A DNA stretch of 64,000 nt from Gammaproteobacteria bacterium (GCA_965238175.1 CBDEGZ010000003.1:2720001-2784000), one strand, 5' to 3'. Positions 30,131-40,286 are shown, counted from the stretch's first letter. Notes: a model not told the origin generated them from the letters alone. Translations and numbers: made by a program.

Positions 30131-30940
30131 TTGAAAAGAATCTGATGGTTCCTGCCAGATCACTTTATTTTCCTTTTTATTAGTATCTTTCATAAAGACG
30201 ACAAGCAATTGCAAAGCTGCTGCATCAACACTTGAAACTTCCGAACAGTTAATTTCCAAATCCTGTCCTTTATCAAAAAATGTTTTAAATTGATCGTGTA
30301 ACTCAGCAACGTCTGCAATTGTGATTATTCCTTCAAGCTTAAATATTTGCATTTCCAACTCCGTATCCTTTTGTTGATCAGTTATTTGTATCACTTCGGT
30401 TGGAGCTTCATCTGAGTCATCAACTAAGGACTCAACAGTCTCTTCAATTTCGGGCTCAAGTTCTTCAACCGCTTCTTCAAACTTATCTTCTTTTAGTGCA
30501 TCTGAAGGTTCTTTTATTTCTTCAGGTTGTGACTTACTAACTTCAAACACGGGTTCTAAATCGTCTTCTGCTAGTCCTTGTGGAAACTTTGTTATTTCAT
30601 CACTTTCTGGTTGAACTTCTTCAACCACTTGCGCTAAATACTCCTCTTCTACAAATTCATTAGGAAATTCAGCTACTTCTCCAGGTTCAGATTTAACTAC
30701 TTCGACTGTTTGCTCTAAAACCTCTTCCGATTTTTCTGGATGAATATCTTGTTGGATCTCATCTACGCTTTCTTCAATGTGATCTTCATCAACTACAAAA
30801 ATATCCTTTGCATCTTCACTTTCTTCCTTTAACCAAGCTAATGGATCAATTCCAATAATCGGTTTTTTATTTGTTCGTTTCTTACCTTCAAAAACTTGAG
30901 CGGCTGGATTAACATTTTCTGTAATTATCTTTTCCATCAT
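30086..30940 (-). CDS. Protein with basic N-terminal peptide, long acidic linker and C-terminal STAS domain
   Basis: KKRTNKKPIIGIDPLAWL N-terminus; C-terminal VSSVDAAALQLL (STAS_2-like); ATGA overlap with parA. Confidence 0.75.
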   Translation of the reverse strand: MMEKIITENVNPAAQVFEGKKRTNKKPIIGIDPLAWLKEESEDAKDIFVVDEDHIEESVDEIQQDIHPEKSEEVLEQTVEVVKSEPGEVAEFPNEFVEEEYLAQVVEEVQPESDEITKFPQGLAEDDLEPVFEVSKSQPEEIKEPSDALKEDKFEEAVEELEPEIEETVESLVDDSDEAPTEVIQITDQQKDTELEMQIFKLEGIITIADVAELHDQFKTFFDKGQDLEINCSEVSSVDAAALQLLVVFMKDTNKKENKVIWQEPSDSFQATLELMGFKDEFRM

Positions 30941-31812
30941 GCGGTCAGTTCCTCAGACACTTCCACCGTTTCAGGAAAACCAACTTGTTTATTAGCAAAA
31001 TCATCCGCAAGTTTTTGGGTGAAATCTGGATCAAAACCTTTTAAAACAGTTCTGGAATACATCAGATCAGCTGCGAGTGTCTTATAATCAATTGCCCCAT
31101 TACTTTTTGATCGATACTCGAAAATTGTATTTCCCCGTCCTGGGCATTCAGCTAATGCAGCTGTTTCTCTAATTTGAGTAGCTAAAACATTGTCAGGAAA
31201 ATAGTGCAATAATTTTGCCAACACCTCTTTTCCTAAACGGCGACGTTTATGGAAGCGTGTTACTACGATCCATTCCCGTAAGCTGTAACCTAATTTATTT
31301 TTAAACGTTTTTATTGTTGCCATCAGAAATGACAAACCTTCAAGAGATAGATAGTCGCCCGTTACTGGAATTAAAACTTCATGACTCGCAATTAATGCAT
31401 TAATTGCTAACAAGCCAGAACTTGGCGGACAATCGATCAAAACAAAATCTTGCTCTGATAATTTACCTTTTAAAGCTTGTTTTAATAGCTCACCTTTTTT
31501 CAGTCCACCATTGCCGAGTTGCTCAATACGGTTAAGCTCTGTTCCAGCGGGAATAAGAACAAGATTATCTCGAACTGAAATCATCACATCTTCAATCGCA
31601 GCTCCTTCGAGTAAAACCTCATCCACTCCAGAGTATTCTCTGCCGTTTACACCAAGGCTCGTCCCAAGGTGTGACTGTGGATCCATATCAATTACGGTTA
31701 CCCTATTCCCAGCTAATGCTAAGGCATGTGCCAGGTTAGCCGTTGTCGTGGTTTTACCTACTCCACCTTTCTGATTTATTACAGAAATAATTCTCATTTG
31801 AATCCCCATCAC
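30937..31812 (-). CDS. ParA/Soj-family ATPase within the chemosensory cluster
   Basis: NQKGGVGKTTT deviant Walker A, IDMDPQ, IDCPPS. Confidence 0.92.
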   Translation of the reverse strand: MMGIQMRIISVINQKGGVGKTTTTANLAHALALAGNRVTVIDMDPQSHLGTSLGVNGREYSGVDEVLLEGAAIEDVMISVRDNLVLIPAGTELNRIEQLGNGGLKKGELLKQALKGKLSEQDFVLIDCPPSSGLLAINALIASHEVLIPVTGDYLSLEGLSFLMATIKTFKNKLGYSLREWIVVTRFHKRRRLGKEVLAKLLHYFPDNVLATQIRETAALAECPGRGNTIFEYRSKSNGAIDYKTLAADLMYSRTVLKGFDPDFTQKLADDFANKQVGFPETVEVSEELTA

Positions 31813-31858
31813 CTTCTTCAGAATCGAATATTTTTACTTTCATGTATATTAAAGAGTC

Positions 31859-34193
31859 CTACCTAAAACTCTTCCCATTCATCCCCACCTATACTCTGAC
31901 TGGCCGCCGCCACCTTTTTTGCCGGTCTCACCGGTGCCGGTGCAGCTTGTTGCTGTGGTGCAGACTCTTCCCATGGGCGTCCACCTGTACGGCGTTCATT
32001 CGCACTGCCTTGTTGTTGATTGCCAGTTTCAAAAAAAGCCATCTGACCCAGCAAGTCACGCGCCTGACTATCCATCGTCTGACTCGCCGCCGCCGCTTGT
32101 TCTACCAGGGCCGCATTTTGCTGCGTGCCTTGATCCATTTGCGTCACCGCTTTGTTCACTTGTTCAATACCCGATGACTGTTCTTGTGAGGCTGCTGCTA
32201 TCTCAGCAATAATGTCGCTCACTTGTTTTGCAGATTCGGTGATTTCATCCAGCATCGTGCCTGACTCATCCACCAGACGAGAGCCGTCTTCAACTTTCTG
32301 TACACTGTCGTTAATCAGGTTTTTGATTTCTTTCGCCGCACCCGCACTACGTTGTGCCAGGTTGCGTACTTCTGAGGCAACTACCGCAAATCCACGGCCT
32401 TGCTCACCTGCGCGTGCCGCTTCTACCGCTGCATTTAGAGCCAGCAGGTTGGTCTGGAATGCGATTTCGTCGATGACGCCAATGATGTCGGAGATCTTAC
32501 GACTGGAGTCGTTGATTTCTGACATCGCTGAGACTGCTTCACCCACTACTTCCCGGCCTTTTTCCGCTTGCTCTTTGGAGCTAACAGACAGTTGATTCGC
32601 CTGACGTGCATTGTCGGCATTTTGTCGGACAGTTCCTGTCAGTTCTTCCATACTAGACGCCGTTTCTTCTAACGAGGACGCTTGTTGTTCTGTGCGGTTG
32701 CTTAGGTCGTTATTACCTTGTGCAATTTCATTTGCTGAGGTCTGGATGTTAGACGCACCTTCGCGGATCTCACTGACCATTTTTAGCAAGTTGGCCACGC
32801 AACCATTGACGGAGGATTGCAGGGTTTTAAATTCACCACTGTATTCACCTTCCATTTGTTGCGTCAGGTTACCGTCAGCGATGGAACTCATCACCCGGGC
32901 TGTTTCTGACATGACGTGTTCTAATTCACGGGCCGCATTTTTTTGTTCGGTAATATTGGTCGCGTATTTAACCACTTTAAAGGGCTTGCCATTTGGATCA
33001 AATATCGGGTTGTAGGATGCTTGTAACCAAAGTTCAGTTCCGCCTTTACCCATCCGTTGGTATTGACCCGCGCTCAGTTGGCCATTGCCAAGGTTTTTCC
33101 AAAACGATTGGTATTCGACGCTGGCACGTTGCTCTGGGTCAACAAACATACTATGGTGTTTGCCGACGATTTCATCCAGGCTATAGCCAATGGTTGAGCA
33201 GAAGTTTTCGTTCGCCGTTAAGATCGTACCGTCCAATTCAAATTCAATCACCGCTTGTGCTTTGCTTATCGCATCAAGCTGGCCTGAGAAGTCGGCTTTT
33301 TCAATCGTTTCTTGGGTAATGTTACTAGCGTATTTGACCACTTTGAAGGGCTTGCCTTCTGGATCAAGTATCGGATTGTAAGACGCTTGTAACCAGATCT
33401 CGCTACCGTCTTTGGAGATCCGTTTATATTGGCCAGCATCGAATTGACCACTGCCAAGGTTTTTCCAGAATTGCTGATATTCCGCACTGGCACGTTGCTC
33501 TGGGTCAACAAATAGACTGTGGTGTTTGCCGATAATTTCATCGAGACCGTAACCGACCGTGGCGCAGAAGTTTTCATTCGCCGTTAAGATTGTGCCGTCC
33601 AGTTCGAATTCAATCACCGCTTGCGCTTTGCTGATGGCGTCAAGCTGACCTGAGAAGTCAGCTTTTTCGATCGTTTCTTGGGTAATGTTACTAGCGTATT
33701 TGACCACTTTGAAGGGCTTGCCATCGAGATCAAATATCGGGTTGTAAGACGCTTGTAACCAGATCTCGCTACCGTCTTTGGAGATCCGTTTATATTGGCC
33801 AGCATCGAATTGACCACTGCCAAGGTTTTTCCAGAATTGCTGATATTCCGCACTGCCACGTTGCTCTGGGTCAACAAATAGACTGTGGTGTTTGCCGACA
33901 ATTTCATCGAGACCGTAACCGACTGTGGTGCAGAAGTTTTCGTTCGCCGTTAATATCGTACCGTCCAGTTCGAATTCAATCACCGCTTGCGCTTTGCTGA
34001 TCGCAGCGAGCTGGCCCTCGTAATCTGCAAGCTTAAGTCGTTCATCTTCCGCTGTTGCTGCGTCATTAGTCGTATTGCTATCTTTTGCCATGTGTTTATC
34101 CTCTGTCTCTTTTAACGGCGCTACTTCTGTTCTTCTATAGTTAAATCTTTACATTCGAAATTCGTCTTTAAAGCCCATCAATTCTAGTGTCGC
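31859..34193. repeat. Segmental duplication, copy B (3-PAS receptor plus upstream DNA)
   Basis: Matches 28161-30130, including the 5' leader and the last 45 bp of the STAS gene. Confidence 0.95.
31863..34091 (-). CDS. Soluble MCP with 3 PAS domains, HAMP and C-terminal pentapeptide EWEEF
   Basis: Three 122-aa PAS units; signalling domain protein-identical to that of 28165-30027. Confidence 0.93.
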   Translation of the reverse strand: MAKDSNTTNDAATAEDERLKLADYEGQLAAISKAQAVIEFELDGTILTANENFCTTVGYGLDEIVGKHHSLFVDPEQRGSAEYQQFWKNLGSGQFDAGQYKRISKDGSEIWLQASYNPIFDLDGKPFKVVKYASNITQETIEKADFSGQLDAISKAQAVIEFELDGTILTANENFCATVGYGLDEIIGKHHSLFVDPEQRASAEYQQFWKNLGSGQFDAGQYKRISKDGSEIWLQASYNPILDPEGKPFKVVKYASNITQETIEKADFSGQLDAISKAQAVIEFELDGTILTANENFCSTIGYSLDEIVGKHHSMFVDPEQRASVEYQSFWKNLGNGQLSAGQYQRMGKGGTELWLQASYNPIFDPNGKPFKVVKYATNITEQKNAARELEHVMSETARVMSSIADGNLTQQMEGEYSGEFKTLQSSVNGCVANLLKMVSEIREGASNIQTSANEIAQGNNDLSNRTEQQASSLEETASSMEELTGTVRQNADNARQANQLSVSSKEQAEKGREVVGEAVSAMSEINDSSRKISDIIGVIDEIAFQTNLLALNAAVEAARAGEQGRGFAVVASEVRNLAQRSAGAAKEIKNLINDSVQKVEDGSRLVDESGTMLDEITESAKQVSDIIAEIAAASQEQSSGIEQVNKAVTQMDQGTQQNAALVEQAAAASQTMDSQARDLLGQMAFFETGNQQQGSANERRTGGRPWEESAPQQQAAPAPVRPAKKVAAASQSIGGDEWEEF

Positions 34194-34201
34194 CGTGGGG
34201 A

Positions 34202-34735
34202 TCAGCTAACTGCCGTATGATCAAAATTGATCATTTGATCAATATCGAGCAATACGACCATTTTTCCATCGACCGATGTCAAACCTTTTACAAAATTAAT
34301 ATCAATACCTTCTCCTGATTCAGGAGCCTCCTGGATCGATTCATGTTCTATTGAGTAGACATCTGATATCGCCTCGACCATAAAACCGACGGTTCTTTCT
34401 TTGTCACCATCTTCAATCTTAAGTACAATAACAACGGTTGTTTTACTAGATTCAATCGGATCTAATCCAAACCGTTGACGCAGATCAACTACAGGAACAA
34501 TTGCGCCACGTAAATTGATCACGCCTTTTAGATAATCTGGTGCGTTCGGAATTTCTGTTGCTCTATCCCAACATTTGATCTCTTGTACACGAAGAATATC
34601 CACTCCGTATTCTTCGCCTGCTACAAAAAAACTAAGGAACTGAGCAGAATTTAAATCTTGTTCTGCATTCATCATGGCAAATATCTCAGCCTGATCTGTT
34701 GCTATTTTTTCTGCTTGTGTTTCTACCATTTCCAT
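34202..34735 (-). CDS. cheW: Chemotaxis adaptor
   Basis: YGVDILRVQEI, GVINLRGAIVPVVDLR. Confidence 0.96.
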   Translation of the reverse strand: MEMVETQAEKIATDQAEIFAMMNAEQDLNSAQFLSFFVAGEEYGVDILRVQEIKCWDRATEIPNAPDYLKGVINLRGAIVPVVDLRQRFGLDPIESSKTTVVIVLKIEDGDKERTVGFMVEAISDVYSIEHESIQEAPESGEGIDINFVKGLTSVDGKMVVLLDIDQMINFDHTAVS

Positions 34736-34754
34736 AAATTTATTTCCTGTAGGC

Positions 34755-36896
34755 TTAAGCTACTGCGTCTTCTTTGATCACTTCCTGTGGTTTCGCTATT
34801 ACTTTATGTTTGATGGTTCTTGATAATGCGGAAAGACTCGATAAATCGAGAATCATTGCGACGGTGCCATCACCCAAAATAGTTGCTCCAGAAATACCTT
34901 CAACTTTGTCGTAGTTAGTTTCCAGACTTTTGATTACCACCTGTTGTTGGGCCAACAGGTCGTCTACAAAAATACCCACTTTCTGACCTTCAGCTTCAGC
35001 AACCACCAATAAGCCTTTTTCAAGCTCAGTACTGTCTGGAGTAATGTTGAAAATACTGTGTAGACGAAGCACTGAAATGTATTCTTCGCGTAATTTATAT
35101 AACTCAGCTTTACCAGCGACGGAATTGCAGTTTTCGGTTTCAATTTGTAACGACTCAACAATCGATATTAATGGGATAATGTAGACTTGTTCGCCTACAC
35201 GAATTAATTGTCCATCCAATATTGCAAGTGTTAGTGGTAAGCGGATTGTAAAAGTTGAACCTTTGCCTGTTTCGGATTTTATTTCGATCTTGCCACCAAG
35301 ATCGCGGATGTTTCTCATCACAACATCCATACCCACACCGCGACCTGATACATCACTTACTTCGGTGGCAGTTGAGAAACCTGGAGCAAAGATCAATTCA
35401 TGGATCTTGTCATCCGATAAAACTTCATCTGGACCAACCAATCCATTTTCTTGAGCTTTACTAAGAATTCGTTCTTTATTTAAACCTGCGCCATCATCGA
35501 TAATTTCGATGACAATATTGCCACCTTCATGAAAGGCATTCAAATTAATCGTACCCACTTCTGATTTTCCAGCAGCGAGTCTTACATCTGGCATTTCAAT
35601 ACCATGGTCAAGGGAGTTTCTTACCAGGTGAACTAGTGGATCACCAATTTTCTCCATTACAGATTTATCAAGTTCTGTTGATTCACCTGTTAGTTTCAAT
35701 TCTATGTTTTTGCCCAGTTTTGAAGCTAAATCTCTGACTAATCGTGGGAAGCGGTTAAAGGAGAAACTGATCGGCAGCATTCTAATCTGCATAACGTTCT
35801 CTTGTAACTCGCGAGTGTTACTTTTGAGTTCATCAATACCATCTTGAAGTTTTTCAAGATCTTCAACTTTAAAATTTTCACTAATTTGACTGAGCATTGA
35901 TTGCGTAATAACCAATTCACCGACCATGTTGATCAGCGTGTCAATTTTGTCGGTTCCAACACGTATAGACGTACTCTCACTCGCGGCACTCTTGTTTGCT
36001 TTTTTCTTTGAGGATGCAGCTGCTGGAGCAGGCGCGACACTTTTTTCTGGTTCTGATTTCTCAGCGACTGGAGGAGCTTGGTCAGGAGTCGGCTCCGTGG
36101 CAATTGATACCGAATCTACTTCGTCAGGCGTTGTATCTAACGACCATTGCTCAGCCATTTGACTAATTGTTAAATCACAATCTTCATCTACCCATTCAAA
36201 AATTTCTAAAATATCTGCTTCTGAACAGTCGCCTTGTAAATCAATCTCCCATGACATATACGATTCTTCAGGATTTAAATCCTCAAGAGAGGGTAATTCT
36301 GTATGGTTCACAACAACGGTTAACTCACCCAGATGTTCTAATTCGCGGAACATTTTTACTGGATCATTACCCGTTTTAAACAAATGCGGATGTGGAAAAA
36401 ATGTTATTTTCCATAAACGATCTGTTGCTTCCTCAGCTACTGGAGTATCAGTAGATTCCGCTTCAGCAATCACTTCCGTAGAATTTTTACTCGCATCATT
36501 ACTAGAACCATTTGCAAGCATTGTCTCAAGATCTTGCTGCAAAGTGTTTTTGGTATCCTTATCAATTTCCTCACCAGCATCAACAGCTGATAGCATTTCG
36601 CGTAAACAATCGACACTGAGTAAAAGCAGATCAACACCTTCTCGTGTTACTGCTCTCACACCATCTCGCATCTCATCCAGTAAGGTTTCCATTACGTGGG
36701 TAAAACTGGCCACGTCTGTAAATCCGAATGTTCCAGCCCCTCCTTTTATGGAATGTGCTGCACGAAAAATTGTATTGATTTCTTCGTCATCTGCTGCACC
36801 CAGATCAAGATCCATCAAACCCGTTTCCATAATATCAAGTCCTTCGAAACTTTCTTCGAAGAAAATCTGATGAAATTGGGACATATCAATGGACAT
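34755..36896 (-). CDS. cheA: Chemotaxis histidine kinase
   Basis: FRAAHSIKG HPt, HLVRNSLDHG, GFSTA..VSGRGVGMDVV, CheW-like P5. Confidence 0.98.
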   Translation of the reverse strand: MSIDMSQFHQIFFEESFEGLDIMETGLMDLDLGAADDEEINTIFRAAHSIKGGAGTFGFTDVASFTHVMETLLDEMRDGVRAVTREGVDLLLLSVDCLREMLSAVDAGEEIDKDTKNTLQQDLETMLANGSSNDASKNSTEVIAEAESTDTPVAEEATDRLWKITFFPHPHLFKTGNDPVKMFRELEHLGELTVVVNHTELPSLEDLNPEESYMSWEIDLQGDCSEADILEIFEWVDEDCDLTISQMAEQWSLDTTPDEVDSVSIATEPTPDQAPPVAEKSEPEKSVAPAPAAASSKKKANKSAASESTSIRVGTDKIDTLINMVGELVITQSMLSQISENFKVEDLEKLQDGIDELKSNTRELQENVMQIRMLPISFSFNRFPRLVRDLASKLGKNIELKLTGESTELDKSVMEKIGDPLVHLVRNSLDHGIEMPDVRLAAGKSEVGTINLNAFHEGGNIVIEIIDDGAGLNKERILSKAQENGLVGPDEVLSDDKIHELIFAPGFSTATEVSDVSGRGVGMDVVMRNIRDLGGKIEIKSETGKGSTFTIRLPLTLAILDGQLIRVGEQVYIIPLISIVESLQIETENCNSVAGKAELYKLREEYISVLRLHSIFNITPDSTELEKGLLVVAEAEGQKVGIFVDDLLAQQQVVIKSLETNYDKVEGISGATILGDGTVAMILDLSSLSALSRTIKHKVIAKPQEVIKEDAVA

Positions 36897-36954
36897 AAAC
36901 TACTCCTCGTTTAATGTTGACTAATAGTTATAACCTGACAAGCCAGCATACGAA

Positions 36955-37317
36955 TTAACCGACTACTTTTTTCACCGTGCTTAATAATTGGTTAGGATTG
37001 AATGGTTTTACCAGCCAGCCGGTGGCACCTGCAGATTTTCCTTCTGCTTTTTTGTCTGCCGAAGATTCTGTCGTCAACATAAGCATTGGCGTAAACTTAT
37101 AACTAGGAAGTTTTCGTAATTCCCGAATTAGTGTGATGCCATCCATATTTGGCATATTCACATCCGTTAGTACCATGTTGACACTCTGACCTTTTGCTTT
37201 GTTTAATGCGTCGACACCATCCACCGCTTCAATGACGTCGTAGCCTGCGCCTTTCAGTGTAAACGTTACCATTTGACGCATAGATGCAGAATCATCGACC
37301 GCTAAAATACTTGGCAT
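36955..37317 (-). CDS. cheY: Chemotaxis response regulator (CheY2-type)
   Basis: ILAVDDSASMR, LTDVNMP, MLTTES, GWLVKPF. Confidence 0.93.
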   Translation of the reverse strand: MPSILAVDDSASMRQMVTFTLKGAGYDVIEAVDGVDALNKAKGQSVNMVLTDVNMPNMDGITLIRELRKLPSYKFTPMLMLTTESSADKKAEGKSAGATGWLVKPFNPNQLLSTVKKVVG

Positions 37318-37387
37318 GACTTATGTTCTCCTTTTTAAAACTTAAAATTAAACCTTAAAAATTTTTATCAAAACTATTACAGAGTCC

Positions 37388-37414
37388 TTATCGACAATTG
37401 CTGGTTATGCTTTA
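37388..37414 (-). promoter_or_regulatory. Sigma-28-type promoter of the che operon
   Basis: TAAAGCAT-N11-GTCGATAA, 70 nt upstream of cheY. Confidence 0.8.
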
Positions 37415-37553
37415 ATAAATATTCGCTTATATTGAAAATCAGAAATTAGTCTGTTTTTTAAGGCAAGATACAGACCAGTTGTCTGTATTACGTGTGTGGT
37501 TTTATTGGATTTTTTAGAGCAGGGTTAGGAGAGAGGTAAACAAATAACTTAAC

Positions 37554-37576
37554 AAAAGGGCACCGAAGTGCCCTTT
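37554..37576 (-). terminator. Rho-independent terminator after the SoxYZ-like gene
   Basis: AAAGGGCAC-TTCG-GTGCCCTTTT. Confidence 0.85.
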
Positions 37577-37600
37577 AAGTAAACTAGCAGAAGATATTTA

Positions 37601-38419
37601 TCAGCCTTCAACATCAAATGATTCAACCCATTCTAGTCCATCAGAGTCTGAAACCGTTGCAGTTACTTTCCCCTTTCCTTCTGGTTTAAAGAAAAAACGA
37701 AAACTCGGATCAGCACTGATGGAAATACCAACTTCGGCTGACATGATGGGTTTATCATTGTACGCAAGCGCAACTTTCTTGACGTAATGAGCCGGGGTTA
37801 TCAAGCGAGTACGCTGGTCAAGCTGCATGCCTGTAATATTAGGATGACTGACCATATACTGTGACAAACTCGTACCATCTTCGGTTCCTTCTCCATCTAT
37901 GGTTCGAAATTTCATATTACCCATACGATCCATTGCAGCAGCGAGATCAGCTGCAAGCGGTGCAGAACATCCGCCTTGCGCTTTAACGAAATTAGTCACC
38001 ATATGATGTTCGCCAGTATTCAATGCTGCAACGACACGAACATTAGTGTACTCATTTATTCGTATGCGCATTGCAAGATCAGCTTTACCCATTTCAGGGG
38101 TCATATTAAACACACCTACTAGTGGTTCTGGGTTTTTATCGACAATCAAATAGATTTTCTCGATAAAAAGATCTTTTGTCTGTGGGATCTGGGCAGTGAT
38201 ACTGACTGGCGTTACTGCAGCATCTTCAGCTCGATAAGGTGTTGTTAAATCAACCACTGTTTTATCCTCAATGATTTCAATATCCTTAAAGAACTTATCC
38301 TTCAAAAATGTTTCCCAGGCACCCGCTTCAGATTTCTCTTCGGCCCAAACAGATGTTGTTGCCACAGCAAGCAAAGCTAAAACGACTACTTTTCCTATTT
38401 CTAATATTAGATTTCTCAT
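37601..38419 (-). CDS. Exported fused SoxYZ-like carrier (quinoprotein dehydrogenase-associated type)
   Basis: Signal peptide, PYRAEDAAVTP, VDKNPEP, VKAQGGCSAP, SHPNITGMQLDQ. Confidence 0.85.
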   Translation of the reverse strand: MRNLILEIGKVVVLALLAVATTSVWAEEKSEAGAWETFLKDKFFKDIEIIEDKTVVDLTTPYRAEDAAVTPVSITAQIPQTKDLFIEKIYLIVDKNPEPLVGVFNMTPEMGKADLAMRIRINEYTNVRVVAALNTGEHHMVTNFVKAQGGCSAPLAADLAAAMDRMGNMKFRTIDGEGTEDGTSLSQYMVSHPNITGMQLDQRTRLITPAHYVKKVALAYNDKPIMSAEVGISISADPSFRFFFKPEGKGKVTATVSDSDGLEWVESFDVEG

Positions 38420-38452
38420 TTTCTATCTCCTACGTTTAAAAACTTGGACAAA

Positions 38453-39043
38453 TTACGCCTTAGAAGGTTGCGTAATTCCGACCAATGATAAAATAATTTC
38501 TGAGGTTGACTCAAGACGGCTACGATCTTCAAAGGCTTTTGCAACTACCATCGCACCCTCCAAAGAGGAAACCATCATTCTCGAGAGTCTTGTCGCTGAA
38601 GCAGGTAACTCAATTTCACCCGCTTTTGCACCTTCTTCAAGAATATTACAAACCCACTGTTCACCACGAAGCCAAAAAACCCTCACCTCATCTCGCACAT
38701 CTTCAGGGATTGTGCCTTGGGTAGTAGCCATCATGCAGAATGGGCATAGTCGTCCATCCCCATAGGTTTCGAGAAAAATTCCACTAAACTTTCTAAGTCG
38801 TACCTCAATACTACCGCCTTCAGCATCAATACCAGCTAATCCTTGTTCAAACATTCCTCTAATTCTAGCGAGCATCGCTTTAGCCAGATCAGTTTTTGCC
38901 GGATAATAATAATGAATACTTGCTGTTTTAATACCGATACGTTCAGAAATATCACGATAACTAAAAGCGTGATAGCCACGGGTTTGCACCATTTCCTGTG
39001 CAACATCCATAATTTTCTCAGCAGTATTTGAGTCTCTAACCAT
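38453..39043 (-). CDS. TetR/AcrR-family regulator with CPFC motif
   Basis: HTH RGYHAFSYRDISERIGIKTASIHYYYPAK; GRLCPFCMM; SSLEGAM. Confidence 0.92.
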   Translation of the reverse strand: MVRDSNTAEKIMDVAQEMVQTRGYHAFSYRDISERIGIKTASIHYYYPAKTDLAKAMLARIRGMFEQGLAGIDAEGGSIEVRLRKFSGIFLETYGDGRLCPFCMMATTQGTIPEDVRDEVRVFWLRGEQWVCNILEEGAKAGEIELPASATRLSRMMVSSLEGAMVVAKAFEDRSRLESTSEIILSLVGITQPSKA

Positions 39044-39064
39044 TTCTACCTTTTCACATTAACC

Positions 39065-39104
39065 TACCTACTAGTAGAATAGATTATACCTACTTGTAGA
39101 TAGA
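39065..39104. promoter_or_regulatory. Two tandem palindromic operators, probably for the adjacent TetR
   Basis: TACCTACTAGTAGAATAGA (39065-39083) and TACCTACTTGTAGATAGA (39087-39104); core palindrome CTACTAGTAG. Confidence 0.7.
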
Positions 39105-39165
39105 ATCAAGGTATGTATCGATTTAGTCTATTAACTGTTTTTATTATTCTGAGATTAAGTAGCTA

Positions 39166-39181
39166 GGAGCTGTTGATCTTT
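39166..39181. repeat. Solo end of the 24730-24834 element family
   Basis: GGAGCTGTTGATCTTT is the exact reverse complement of 24819-24834. Confidence 0.55.
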
Positions 39182-39238
39182 AAGGTTCTTCATCAAAAGA
39201 TTATGGATCGAGATTCATTGATTGATTATCATGTTCTG

Positions 39239-39757
39239 ATGTCAAACCGAATCATAATAGTTATTCTGCTTAGCATTATTTTCGCTAGTTTAGCGATTAT
39301 AAAAAACCAGCTATTCCCCAACTTAGATATAACAAGATCAGAAATACCAAGCCCTTCGATCGCAGCCGTCAGTGAAAATCAGCAAAAAATTATTGGCGAG
39401 ACCCATTACCTGTTTGATGTTGCTGATCATGGTCCTGTCCAGATAAAAACCTTACTAGAACGTGCTGAAAGTCTTTCTACTGAAGCTAAATACAATAATG
39501 AGAGTAGTCGAATAGCGATGGTTATTCACGGCCCAGATATTAAAATTTTTGAGAAGAAATACTATCAGGCAAATAAAGAGATTGTTGATCTAGCTGCTCG
39601 GCTAGATGCTCAAAATATAATCGATTTTAAAGTATGTAAGGTATCTGCTAGCTCACGCGGAATTAAGGAGTCCAGCTTTCCTGCATTTATGGAAATTGTT
39701 CCCTTCTCTGTTGACGAAATAAAAAGGCTTGAAAAGCAAGGCTATATCCAACTATAA
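39239..39757 (+). CDS. Membrane-anchored or exported DsrE-like protein
   Basis: N-terminal hydrophobic helix, AMVIHGPDI and FKVCKVS typical of DsrE/F-like folds. Confidence 0.65.
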   Translation: MSNRIIIVILLSIIFASLAIIKNQLFPNLDITRSEIPSPSIAAVSENQQKIIGETHYLFDVADHGPVQIKTLLERAESLSTEAKYNNESSRIAMVIHGPDIKIFEKKYYQANKEIVDLAARLDAQNIIDFKVCKVSASSRGIKESSFPAFMEIVPFSVDEIKRLEKQGYIQL

Positions 39758-39779
39758 AGAATTAAGGGAAATATTAAGT

Positions 39780-40286
39780 ATGTCCAAACAAAAAAAATCA
39801 CTCTATATGACCGTTTTAATGACACCTGACATGGCTAATTTCTCAGGTGTGGTACATGGTGGAGCCTTACTAAAATTACTAGATCAAGTTGCCTATTCTT
39901 GTGCTGCCCGTTACTCCCAAAGCTACGTTGTTACTTTGTTCTTGGATCAAGTGCACTTCAAAGAACCTATCCATGTTGGAGAGCTAGTTACCTTTCGAGC
40001 AAACGTCAATTACGTGGGAACAACCTCTATGGAAGTGGGTGTTAAGGTTGTTGCAGAAAACCTCCAAACCCAAAACTCAAGGCACACAAATTCCTGTTAT
40101 TTCACGATGGTTGCAAAAGATAAAGATGGAAAAACACAAGAATTACCACCATTGGAAATAACATCAGAAGTAGAAGAAAAATTATTTGAAGCTGCTCAAA
40201 TGCGTACTACATTACGAAAAGAGATCATGGAAAAAAATCAGAAATTACATGTAGATGGTTTAGATGCAGAACGTCCCTGGTTATAA
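39780..40286 (+). CDS. Hotdog-fold acyl-CoA thioesterase
   Basis: MTPDMANFSGVVHGGALLKLLDQVA, GTTSMEVGVKV. Confidence 0.92.
   Translation: MSKQKKSLYMTVLMTPDMANFSGVVHGGALLKLLDQVAYSCAARYSQSYVVTLFLDQVHFKEPIHVGELVTFRANVNYVGTTSMEVGVKVVAENLQTQNSRHTNSCYFTMVAKDKDGKTQELPPLEITSEVEEKLFEAAQMRTTLRKEIMEKNQKLHVDGLDAERPWL

Noticed and set aside
28128-33907. Many duplicated short ORFs on both strands within the two PAS receptors
   Set aside because: Shadow frames that recur only because the underlying gene is duplicated
28161-34193. Pure assembly artefact as the explanation for the twin receptors
   Set aside because: Copies differ by synonymous SNPs, two N-terminal residues, a 1-bp indel and unique flanks; artefact is unlikely, though repeat number still needs long reads
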